Shown one piece after another: positions 25,575 through 38,435 of a stretch of 64,000 nt of DNA. Position 1 is the stretch's first letter, and each line of letters starts with the position of its first letter. The notes under the pieces were generated by a model. It worked only from the letters and a program-made list of their open reading frames with translations, was not told the DNA's origin and did no database searches. The DNA comes from Octopus bimaculoides (taxonomy: Eukaryota): positions 73,980,700 through 74,044,699 of the forward strand of contig NC_068989.1 of assembly GCF_001194135.2 (NCBI RefSeq), in the 5' to 3' direction. Made by a program: the position numbers and the translations under genes.

Positions 25575-26124
25575 TAAGAAGCTTGTTTCCCAAACACATG
25601 GTTCTGGGTTCAGTCCCCACTGCGTGACACCTTGGGCAAGTGCCTTCTACTATGGCCTCAGGCTGACCAAAGCCTTGTCAGTGGATTCGGTAGACAGAAA
25701 AGGAAAGAAACCCGTCGTATACACACACACACACACANNNNNNNNNNNNNNNNNNNNNNNNNNNNNNNNNNNNNNNNNNNNNNNNNNNNNNNNNNNNNNN
25801 NNNNNNNNNNNNNNNNNNNNNNNNNNNNNNNNNNNNNNNNNNNNNNNNNNNNNNNNNNNNNNNNNNNNNNNNNNNNNNNNNNNNNNNNNNNNNNNNNNNN
25901 NNNNNNNNNNNNNNNNNNNNNNNNNNNNNNNNNNNNNNNNNNNNNNNNNNNNNNNNNNNNNNNNNNNNNNNNNNNNNNNNNNNNNNNNNNNNNNNNNNNN
26001 NNNNNNNNNNNNNNNNNNNNNNNNNNNNNNNNNNNNNNNNNNNNNNNNNNNNNNNNNNNNNNNNNNNNNNNNNNNNNNNNNNNNNNNNNNNNNNNNNNNN
26101 NNNNNNNNNNNNNNNNNNNNNNNN

Positions 26125-26216
<92 letters not shown>

Positions 26217-26385
26217 GTATTTGTCTCCTAGCTTGACAATCGATAATGGTGTAAGAGAATAGTAGGATAAGTACTAGACTTACAAAAAATAAGTCCTAGG
26301 GCCAATTTCTTCGACTAAAATCCTTTTCAAGCGGTGTTCCATGTCCGCAGCCAAATGACTGAAACAAGTAAAAGAATAAAAGTAT
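25568..26385 (+). mobile_element. Family A SINE split by an internal (CA)n and an N gap
   Basis: Head at 25568-25720 and tail at 26220-26385, colinear with 1975-2335. Confidence 0.8.
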
Positions 26386-28359
26386 ATACATACATATATG
26401 TGTGTGCGTGCGTGAGTGCGCGTGTGAATGTGTGTGTGCGTGCATGTCTCCGAGTGACAGCACATTAGTTTCCGTCAACAAGATTCCACTTATAAGGCAT
26501 TGGTCAACCCGAGTCTAGAACGGCATACAGTTCCCAGTGATACAGTGAACTGGAGTCGAAACCTGAACCACGTAGTTGCTAACTCGAATTGCTAACCACC
26601 CTGGTATGTTTGAGTCCATGATATGAAACCATAGAAATTAAAGATAAAATAAGAAATGAAAAAGTACATTGTTGTTGATTATTATTGTATTTTCCGGGTC
26701 GATCTCTTTATTCTACGCATTTCTGTCTGATTGGCATCAGACGTATTTATCGATCATCAAAATATAGACGATTTCAAAGCTAACAATAAGGTTTCTGTTA
26801 ATGAATCAGTCTCTAGAACAGTGTTAATCCATTTATAAATATACAAGCTAAACCATTCCAGTGCTGCCTGGTAAATAACTTTGATTTAATTACCACTTAA
26901 CACTGAATTGTTTTGTTCGAACTTTTTCTCTAGATATTCTGCAATATGATTTCCTAAGTTAACTGCTGAGATTTATGAATTTAAGTTTATACAATTCGTA
27001 TTGGTCTAACTTGATCTAGTTTGAATTCTCCTCGGTCAACCGAGTTCAGCAGGTCTGTCCATTTCCCAAACAGTACACGAAGTTTCGCTAGTTTATCTCA
27101 TAATTCTTGATGATGTAATACGTTTCGGTTTTCTCTAGCGTGATTTTCAGCACAAATTTGAGACAGAAAAGAGGAAGAAAGGTCCTCTGATGAGGAAGAC
27201 ACGAAACATGATTTTATGTATTTATCACTAGTCGGAGAGACGGGTAACTGCTGTTATATATTACTTTACAGAGTGATTAGTTCTGAAGTCCATAAGAGAG
27301 GTTATCTTGGGACGACTACCGCAGTAACCGGCCTTTAGACAGTGCGTATACAAAGTCCGCAAGAAAATGTATACACATTTAAGAAAACGAAAACCTGTAA
27401 TAATAATTAAATTCAGTGTTATTGCAAGTTATTCAGTGTAATTTCAGTTTGATAAAACATCGAAAGAGGTAACTATATTTATAGAGATACTTATACAAAA
27501 TTTTTTTTCCTTTCCTGAAGTGTGTATACATTTTTTGTGAGGACTCTGTACATTAAGTATAATGCATAGATAGCTATTTTAATACTATACTCCGTCAGTT
27601 GTGTATAGTGGATTTTTAATCAGACAAGCAGCTATTCTTAACATCAGTGACTGTTTTACTCACTTTTTTTTTAGATCAGAGACAAGTATATGGCATTTCG
27701 TCCGAGCATGCGCTTGACTGAGAATACGAGCCGTAGAAAAATTCTTAAGTGGCAGAAATGCATCTGATCCCCTCGCTAGTCACCGCTGAGACAAACGTTT
27801 GTCTCTCTCTGATATTCATTTTGATTTTATGATACGGCAAGTCTATAAGAGAAATTATCTCAGGAGAAATAGGTAGAAACTAGTATATAGAAGTGCGTAT
27901 ACCTTAATTGTAATACACAGATCTACTGTAATGTCATTTGCTTTGTTCGCAACAGCAGTGGATTGGTAAGTTCGTAAGCCTTGCAGACGAATGTTTTGCG
28001 GTTTTCGAAAAACATTTCTGAGAGTAAATCTCATCGCTGAGATCAACTTTTCCTTTAATTTTTCTGGGGTTGATAAATATAGTACCAGTCAAAGTACGAT
28101 GTTCGAATTAACTATAGGATCGATAGAACAATTACCCACTACGCAAAGTGCTGGCTTTGTTTATGAATCAGAAACTATTAAATGCATCGTGCTTTGATAC
28201 TATTATCATTGGCTTCCATCTGCTTATCTTTCTTTTGCCGTGTGACCATGAGATCGTCTCGTATAATAGAACTCGATATTTCACTGTCTTATAAATTCAA
28301 TTTCTAGACTTTCATTCGAGTAAGTATTAAAGTATTCTTTACAGCACACGCACGTACGC

Positions 28360-28444
<85 letters not shown>

Positions 28445-28884
28445 ATAGACGAACGAGTTTTCTGGTTTTGCTACAATTGTTTCATTAACAGTTTTTGTTT
28501 TGACGTAAGCATAATACAATTAGTTAGATTGTGTAAGACATTACATAATTCCCAACTCATCAGGTAATCAGGCAAATAGTTGAGCGATGACTTGTTGATA
28601 AATCAACTGATTATGAACAGGGGAAATTCCTCATCAGAATGCTAACATTTAAAAAATTGAAGATGGATGTGTCTCCGAGCTGTTAATCGAAGTAAGATAG
28701 TTGAACAAGGTTGTAAATATAAAAACAGATGGGGTTAATATGATAATATCATTAATATAATACACTTAGCAACTTCACCCATAAATGTGAGTAGAGACAG
28801 AACAAATCCAAGTATAATAAATCTCAGGTACCAAGCAAACATTAAACCCCGCCGTTCGAGGGCAATCGCCGACAATAAAAATAT

Positions 28885-29097
28885 TCTTTCCTACTCTAGG
28901 CACAAGGCCCGAAATTTTTGGAGGGAGGGCCAATCGATTAGACCGACCCAATATGCAACTGGTACTTAATTTATCGATCCCGAAAGGATGAAAGGCAAAA
29001 TCGACCTCAGCGGAATATGAACTCAGAACTTAAAGGCAGACGAAATACTGGTAAGCATCTCGCGCGGAGTGTTAACGTTTCTGCCAGCTGGCCGCTC
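28885..29097 (-). mobile_element. Family B SINE
   Basis: Colinear with 7537-7750. Confidence 0.85.
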
Positions 29098-30967
29098 TAT
29101 GAAACTAAGATTATTGTTACTATACTACTTTACAGTCAGCATTAGCTTTTCATTCCCTTAATTAATTATGATAAAAACGGATCGGGAAAAAGGATAGGAA
29201 GGGAAAGGAAAGGAAGCAACAAAACAAAACATGATAAATGAAGTACAGGGATAAATAAAGAACGAGAGAGAAACAGAAGAAATAATAGAGAGGAAAAATA
29301 GAGAGAAATGGAAAAAATAGAGAGAAGGGAAAAATAAAGAGGTATTATAGAGAGAGAATTGGCTCACACTATTATTGAAAGACTGATCAGAATAAACAAG
29401 CAAACGAATTAATAAATAAATGAATGTGCTCATTAGAATAATGAAATTTGTATATCTAATAATCTATGTTAATTTGAAGCTATAAATTTATAAATACACA
29501 AATTTTCGAATTTATACATGTACAATAGCGAAATATTTAAATATCATTTAATTATTTGTAAATAATCTATCAATTGAAAGGTCAGATTTTATTTGGGAAA
29601 ATAAATCAGAACAAATAATCCGATAAATAAGAAAGAAAACCATGCAGTTCATTAGTTAGTCAAAACATTGTCGAATGATAAAATTTTTTGTAGAGTTAAA
29701 TAAGGAAATGTTAAAATAACCATAAAATTTATAGAGGTCATAGCACAATCGATCTTAATGGAATTCACATTGTAATGAATTAAAATAATTGTAATTAGGG
29801 AGGACGATGCAGTTATTATAAATATATCCCAATGCTTGAATTAGAATGAAAATGTTAAATAATACAAAGTATCCATTACATTCATAAGTACCAACTGCTT
29901 GAGGAATAGTGGGCAAAGGTAGATGAATAAGATCAGTTACAATAATAATGGTGGTAAGTACACAAAGATAATTGTAGAGATTTGTCACTAATAATAAAGT
30001 CTATACTGTAGGTCCATAGATTCCTGTACTGTATTCAAAAGAGACTTGCGGAATCGGTTTAAAGTACGAAAATTCTTTTCGTACTTTAGAGTGAATGCGG
30101 GCGTCTGATCCTTAGTTCATTTGATTTGTTAATAACTTCATCCGTGCACTTTAATACTTCTAATACTTACTCCGCCGAGATCGGATTTACCTTTCATCTT
30201 TTCGGAGTCGATAAAGAAAATATTAGTGAAGCTCTGGGGTCGATGTAAAATAGACTTATCTCTCCCCGAAACTGCTGGCCTTGTGCTAACATTTGAAAGC
30301 AATATTTTTAATATTTGGATACAGCAGAAACTACAAATATATCACTAACAAGTAGTTTAACATGTCTCACAATGCTCCATGTTAGATAGGAACAAACATC
30401 TTTGACCCTTAGTTCCCAGACTTTTGTGTCCAGCGATATTGATTTGGCCTTGTCCCTCCTTCTAAAGAGGTAGAAATTATTGCGTAGTCTTAGTTTCAAA
30501 GAAGTGGAACCCACGCACGCAAATTTTTGTACGTTAGTTTCTAACATTATATTTATACACGATATTTTTGGTCAAGTATCTGTTATCTAGCTCGACTTCA
30601 ATTTTATACCTAAAATTACATTGGGAAGTTGACGCAGGGGTTAGAGTATAGTGGGTTTATGTGATTCGTACAGCTGTAATCATTAAAATTATTATGAACG
30701 TTAGTCACTCTATCGACACAAATATTATCAAGGTTATAATTAGATAAATTATAAGCAGCAATATGTTCTACAGGTGCTTCGAAATAATTTACTTGTTTTC
30801 ATTATTATTACATTTATAAGTTACAATCATGATTCGGATACAGCAAACACTACAAATATATCACTAACAAATAGTTTAACGTGTCTCACAATGCTCCATG
30901 TTCACTACAAATATCCACACCGTTACAAACAGAAGTATTATTGTAGCCATTATTACTTGTGTTAATA

Positions 30968-31200
30968 TTCTTTTCTACTTTAGGCACAAGGCCCGAAATT
31001 TTTGGGGAAAGAGGCCAGTCGATTAAATCGACCCCAGTATGCAACTGGTACTTAATTTATCAACCCCGAAAGGATGAAAGGCAAAGTCGACCTCGGTGGA
31101 ATTTGAACTCAGAACGTAAGACGCGAAATACCGTTGGGATCAATGTAAGCGATTAGTCCCCCACTAAAATTTTAGGCCTTGTGCTTTTAGTAGAAAAAAA
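30968..31200 (-). mobile_element. Family B SINE with a second, inverted tail
   Basis: Minus copy at 30968-31135 plus a plus-strand tail at 31136-31200. Confidence 0.75.
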
Positions 31201-31217
31201 AAATCTTATCATCATCA

Positions 31218-31270
<53 letters not shown>

Positions 31271-31879
31271 GTTCAGTAGTTTTATTTTTATAACGTGCTT
31301 TCACTTCACTACCGAGCGCAGCTCTGTGCGCCTTGGGTATGTGTTGTGGTTTGTTGTGATGCTCTTNNNNNNNNNNNNNNNNNNNNNNNNNNNNNNNNNN
31401 NNNNNNNNNNNNNNNNNNNNNNNNNNNNNNNNNNNNNNNNNNNNNNNNNNNNNNNNNNNNNNNNNNNNNNNNNNNNNNNNNNNNNNNNNNNNNNNNNNNN
31501 NNNNNNNNNNNNNNNNNNNNNNNNNNNNNNNNNNNNNNNNNNNNNNNNNNNNNNNNNNNNNNNNNNNNNNNNNNNNNNNNNNNNNNNNNNNNNNNNNNNN
31601 NNNNNNNNNNNNNNNNNNNNNNNNNNNNNNNNNNNNNNNNNNNNNNNNNNNNNNNNNNNNNNNNNNNNNNNNNNNNNNNNNNNNNNNNNNNNNNNNNNNN
31701 NNNNNNNNNNNNNNNNNNNNNNNNNNNNNNNNNNNNNNNNNNNNNNNNNNNNNNNNNNNNNNNNNNNNNNNNNNNNNNNNNNNNNNNNNNNNNNNNNNNN
31801 NNNNNNNNNNNNNNNNNNNNNNATATATATAGATAGATAGATAGATAGATAGATGGATAGATAGATAGACATACGTATG

Positions 31880-31917
<38 letters not shown>

Positions 31918-34900
31918 CGCATGCACACACATATGCATTGATTATGTGTATATAAACATGTATATACATACACACACTCGCACATTCCAACACTAACACA
32001 CGCACATACACCTACAAGCATACATACATACATACACATATAGACATCTATAGTTAACGTAATATTATGATATATTACACATTATATGCTCTTTGTTTTC
32101 AATTTCTAAAATATCCATTGTTCCAATTAAGATGAGAATTCATAACAGTCTCGACTTACTTTTAAAATTGAATGAGATCAGGTAAGATAATATTTTACGA
32201 TAATTGAACTTTGAAACTGACCAATAGTCACAATATCCTGTCCACGATAGCAATATGCTTCTATTGTAATATTGTTTTGTGGATGATTGTTGATTACATT
32301 TCACATAATACATGCTGGCATATTGCTTTGAATCGCTGTCATCATAATTCAAACAATGAATACACTTCAATGAAGAAATGTATTCTCCTTCAATATCTTT
32401 CTCATTACCAGAGTGGTCTTTGTTTCTTTGAAATGCCAAGTGTTTTCTATATTTAAGTAAATTTATTCAATGTACTTGATTTTCTAGATCATGGTCGGCT
32501 GGATAACAAAATCTCTTCGCAATTATGTAGTACCAAGTTCGATATCGTAGCCTCGATTTGACCACAAAGAAAGTCGTTTGAACGAAACGGTGTTGATAGA
32601 AATGCTACTTGGGACACTTCTCCAGTTGTTTCACATCATCATTTGACACCATGGCAAGCGTTCGTGTATGATCTCGGATCTGTGAAAAATTCACAAATTG
32701 TGCTTCTGTCTCTCATTTTTCTTATGATCTTGGAGGTCACATAGAAATTTAATGGGTACTCTCCTCTCATTTTTTGACTAAGCCATTAAAAATGTTATAT
32801 TCATGGCGTACTCTGACTATAGTCGATTTCCTGAAGATGACAGACACATAGAAAGAAAAAGAAAGAATGATAGATAGACAGATAGATAGACAGATAGATA
32901 GACAGACAGATATATAAAAAGAGATAGCTAGACTGATGAGAGAAGTATTGACTTAATACAGGTAAGGCACCTTATTATCGATACCGTAACGATGACAAAC
33001 AATGATAGCCCTATGGGATTTAAGCTTGCAGCCAGAACCAATACTACAGCGCTTTGAATCCGACATTCTAACATCAGTTTCCATTCGTTATTTTTTTTTT
33101 TATGTACTTTATTTAGTTTAGTTTTCGAGTAAAAGTATGTATAAATCGACCAGAGGCAATATCTATCATACTTTGACAGACATTAAAAAGTAAAGGAAAA
33201 ACAATACAAAATAACAATCATACACATATAAGAGCCAGAATTATGCTGGAGTCAATTCAGTCTTATCTATGTTTGCATTTAAATTAGATAGACAATTCTA
33301 AATAACAACGGAAAAACAATATGAGTTTGACTATGGAAATATGTTTTAAAATAATTTATGAACAATTTAGTTTAAAGATGACAGTTACAGATAATTGTAC
33401 TTTAGAACACCGAATCATCTGATTATGCATGCGAATAAGCAAACGTTAGCGAGATTCATCGTAGTACTTTTAGATTTTCCTCTTGCTATAGTACACTATG
33501 GAGATAAATGTTCAATATTAATGTAGATGTCATAATTGCTTCACCCCAGGTCAGTTTTTATTAAGGAGAATATTTATGACCAAAGGTATTTTCGTCATTA
33601 TATATATATACATATGTGTGTGCATGTGTGTATTTATGTATATATGTGTATCTGTGTGCATGCATCTGTCGGTGCATACACACACACATGCACAGACACA
33701 TACACATACATACATACATACATACATACATACATACATACATAACAGATGAAATGTGGTTCACTACAGCTGTTACAGACATGTTTTTTTATTGATGAAC
33801 AGAAAAAAATATCCTTTTCGTCAGGCCTCTGACCAAATTCGGGTCGGTGGAGTCATATGGTACTATGTACGTCTTCTTGAGAGATTTAAAATATTTAATT
33901 CTTACCTGTATTCACCTGATGAAAACAGTTTTTTTTTTCATGATGTAGCGCTTCTGTTCATCAATAAAAAACACATCTGAAAAAGTTGTAGTTGACCACA
34001 ATCCCTCTGCTGTTATTTGCTTATCCTTCACCAAACTCGGAACCTGCAATTCGTTTGCATCTAGGGTTTATAGACGACGGTACAATAGGTTTAGTGAGTG
34101 TACCCATGTGCAATCTTCATGATTCGTTGTGTTTTCAGTCAGCCATATGTACATCCGGAGTACAGATCCGTGTATACTTTGGTAAGTACGTATTTGTCCT
34201 CAAATAGTTTTTGTACACGATGGTTCTTTATTATTAAATGCCTGATTCTTTTGAATCGTGGAAATTTTAAGCACACACACACACACACAAATGCACACTC
34301 ACAAACGCACACACACAAACACACACACGTTTCAGAAATTATGTGTACGAGTAGATGTACTGGTGCCATTGTTACGTTTAGAGTTCCACGTAATTTTCCA
34401 TAATCCAGTCTGCTTTCTGTATAGCTGTTAATTAACATCTAAACTGAATAGTATTACCTGTTATGAACCCCACAACAAATGTAAAAATATTAGGGATAAA
34501 AACATGTTTATATCAAATTCCTGCACGCGTTTCACCACTATGGTTGTTTTGAGCCCGGTGATAAATGTTGTGCCAAATGACTATAGATGATCAAGCTCAA
34601 CAGATCGTCAGGGAACACTTTATTACATCAGTTACATATAGTTTATGTTATAGATATCTATACCAGTAACTTTATGTAATAAGTTATTTCCTGATGATCT
34701 CTTGTCCTTGAGCATCTGTATGCATTTCGAACATCTATCGCAGGGAGCGAAACTACCATAATAGTGCCGTGTAATGGGACTGAATCCGAAACTATGTGCA
34801 GCATGTCCCTCACTCTTTTGAGATAGTTTGTTTTCATTTTGGGATCTTTGGCTACTAATTCTAGCATGCTAAACGACCATGTAGAGTCTCTTTCGCTTTG

Positions 34901-35900
34901 CCGTGATTAATATATAGCTGTTATTTTTGGATTTGAATTCCTGGTTTGGTTTTAAATGTATAGATCTATTTTACTTTTAGACTACAATATTAGATGTCAT
35001 TAAGAAAAAAAATTTGTCTGATTTGAATGTCATTTGGTTGCTGTTTCTAGCAGATTGGGCGACCATGTAGAGGCTTCCTCGCATTAAGCAGAGATTTATG
35101 GAGCTATAATTCGACTCGATTTGTTGTTCCATGAACAATTACTGTGACCTTGTAACTATTGAAAGTGTCGAACTCAGCGTTTCAATTTCCACCGTTAGCA
35201 ATGGAGATATTGAGTAACAGTTACCATATCTGAATTATGAAGAATGAAGAGAAACTGCTTACTTCAGTATTACATTTATAAGGCGGGGGTGGATTGAAGG
35301 TCATGACCGCTCCCGTAACACATCAGGTTCACACGTAAAATATAACGAATTAAACCGAAAATTGAAATTGGACCAAGGCATCCTTTATTAGGTTTTGAGA
35401 TGGTACAGAGTTCATGGATTTCTTCCTCCAAGGTATTAACATCGCTATTGAAAAGTAATCAAAACAAATTTCTCTTGAGATCCTAATATTGGGTCAATAT
35501 ATTTCCTTCCTTTGTGGCTTAATTATGTTTCAGCACGACTGATGCATGCAAAGCTAGCTACACCTTTATCTGCTGCATCAGTCAGAAAAGCAATTATTTA
35601 GAGCAGAACGAGGAGTTCCAAACGAAGTCGAAATTACGTTTGTTTCAGAGAAATATTCCCCAAAGTAGATAGGCTACATAAAAGTGCCCTGCAATGGAGA
35701 GTATAACATAAATATAGGAAATGGAGTTGTATTAATAAATATTCGTTAAATACAACAGAAATCAGTGCATAATATTCATAAGGGCCTTAGTATGCCTATT
35801 TCAAGCCAGGTCGGTGATATATGAAATAATACAAAATATGTGTGTGTAATATAAAATAGTACAGTACAGTATAGTATAGTATAATGCACTACAGTACACT

Positions 35901-35949
<49 letters not shown>

Positions 35950-36181
35950 NNNNNNNNNNNNNNNNNNNNNNNNNNNNNNNNNNNNNNNNNNNNNNNNNNN
36001 NNNNNNNNNNNNNNNNNNNNNNNNNNNNNNNNNNNNNNNNNNNNNNNNNNNNNNNNNNNNNNNNNNNNNNNNNNNNNNNNNNNNNNNNNNNNNNNNNNNN
36101 NNNNNNNNNACACATACACACACACACACACATACGCACACACGCACACGCGCGCACACACACGCACACACACACACACAC

Positions 36182-36223
<42 letters not shown>

Positions 36224-37214
36224 CATATTTACATTGCTGATGTCATACATGAATAATGTGTGATTATAAAATACAAGGATTTAGGTGCAATAATTTAGTA
36301 AACTTCGAACGTTCGTGGTAGGTATAGAAAACAACTTTCAGGAAAAATAATAGTTTATTGACGTAGAAGGTTGTAGTTTTTTCCCATATCTGAGTTCAAT
36401 AAACTGAATAAGGTTTTTTGTAGTTCACGGTTTGCATCTACGGTTTCTGTGAATGCGAATAAAAATCCAAGTTGTGGGAATGGAAAGGGTAAAATCCAGG
36501 TTACATATTAAATCATATTTCTGGCGAGTTAACTTGGGATTCCTGAACGACAATATAACCTTAATTTAGCTAAGGCATCTTCGGACTGATGAGTTGCTAG
36601 TGGAGTACCTCTCGTTGAGGAATAATATTTTACTAGCTAGGATTTTACCCGCTCCATTCCCACAATATGGATTTATATATCTCAATAATCCCAAAACTCT
36701 AGAGATGTTTGTGTGCACCCGGAATATCTCAGAGATGATATATTTTATCTTAATTTTATTTGCATATTTATTTTCATACTTACTTTCGGTAATGCAGTGC
36801 AAATTTTTGTGGTATTCGGACCTCTATTTAAACGATAAAACACAATTTTTGTTTGTTATTCCTTGACGGAAAAAAAAACATGGTTCCCGTAACGTCAACA
36901 CACATACAAAATACACCCACATATAATGAATGTCATGGCGTGTCAACAGAAACACACGTTCACTATCTGTGATATACATACACACATAGTATTCGCATAG
37001 TACTGTGTACGTCGGCTTTCTGACGTACACAATATTCTAATCATTTAGAAATATTTTTAACTGAATGTGATTTCATCATCCGGAGTTCGTTAATTTCCGT
37101 AAAAACTTTTTATTTGTTTACTTTTGTATTAGAGTTAAAGAGAGGATTAAGTGAAAGATGTATGTACATGTATATTAAATGGAAGTGTGTATGAAAGAGA
37201 GAGAGAGAGAGACT

Positions 37215-37307
<93 letters not shown>

Positions 37308-38069
37308 AAAGAGAGAGACAGTTAAAGAGGGAGAGAGAGCAAAGCGAGAGAGAGGAAAGCGAGAGAGAGAAAGTGAGAGTCAGTGAAGGGGTGTGTTGTC
37401 ACGTATACGTACATACATCAATACATATGCGTACATCTTTTTTGTATGTACGTATGCATGTGTGTGTTTGAGAGAGAGAGAGAGAGTGAGTGAGTAAACG
37501 AGTGTTCTCATGTATGTGTAAATGGCACTCTCTCTCACTCTCTCTCTCTCTCTTGCACACACACACGTCCATTTCATATACACGTTCGTACATCTTCCAC
37601 TTTAAAACAAATGAAACAGTTGATTTTCAGGATGAAAATTGTTAAAAAAAAGCTTCTACTCATGTAAAATTCGCACAGAAAAGATTTCAGAATTGCCGAT
37701 ATGGCCAGGGGAAAAAAGGTTTTCAATTTAGTTGTATTTAGAATAATTTCACTTACTTATGATTAGATTTTATTAAATTTTTATTAGATTTAAGCTCTTA
37801 TTTTTCTGTAAATGCTTTTCTAACATTAACTGAGTCAACTTTCGGTACGAATGTTCACATTTTGTAACTCTCTAAGAAAAGAAGAAACAAAGTCGACTTC
37901 TTGCCGTACACAGACACTGACATAGAGAAATATATTTTTTGCTGAGGTTACTTATAGTTTCATCATTTCAGATTTTATCCTATTTCTTCATTTGACATTT
38001 GTAATCTCTGTTGTTTTGATTTAATTTTCTTAATACAACATTACATACAAAAGTAAACACTGATTAATT

Positions 38070-38435
38070 ATGTCACGTAGAAAGAGACGGAGATTATCGT
38101 GGTCAAGAGATGATGCCAAAAGGCGTCGGGGAGAAGCAAGGGCAAGGAGACGACAAGAAACGGTTGAGATGACGGCAGAACGACAGCAGGATAACAAAGT
38201 CACGCAACAATGAAGGACGTAAAGAGAGACTGAGGAAGATGGGAATGCACGTCTCCAGGATGTGAGACAAAGAACAAATAGCAGAAGTTTTGCAAAAACG
38301 CCTGAGGTAAGGGCTGCACGGCTCTTAAACAACAGAGTGAGGAAAGAAACAAAGACGGAGGGAACAATGGGAGGAAATGGATCCACTCTTTCTGCTGATG
38401 TAGGTGTGATGAATAAAATACTTGGTATTTTTTAA
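38070..38435 (+). mobile_element. Helitron Rep/Helicase N-terminal coding remnant
   Basis: ATG at 38070: 'MSRRKRRRLSWSRDDAKRRRGEARARRRQETVEMTAERQQ..*..RETEEDGNARLQDVRQR....ETPEVRAARL'-type basic start with ET(P)EE-like repeats, typical of animal Helitron N-termini. Contains in-frame stops. Confidence 0.55.

Noticed and set aside
32140-32439. 99-aa stop-free minus ORF containing 'KCIHC'
   Set aside because: No domain pattern recognised; a few ORFs of this length are expected by chance in this much sequence.
34525-34615. Minus-strand GTGAAACGCGT / CCTGACGA hammerhead-like pieces
   Set aside because: The core halves are too far apart or too degenerate to build a consistent fold.
36575-36665. 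CTGATGAG motif and a TACTAG..ACCCG Helitron-3'-end-like string
   Set aside because: No GAAA partner for a hammerhead and no clear terminal hairpin for a Helitron end.
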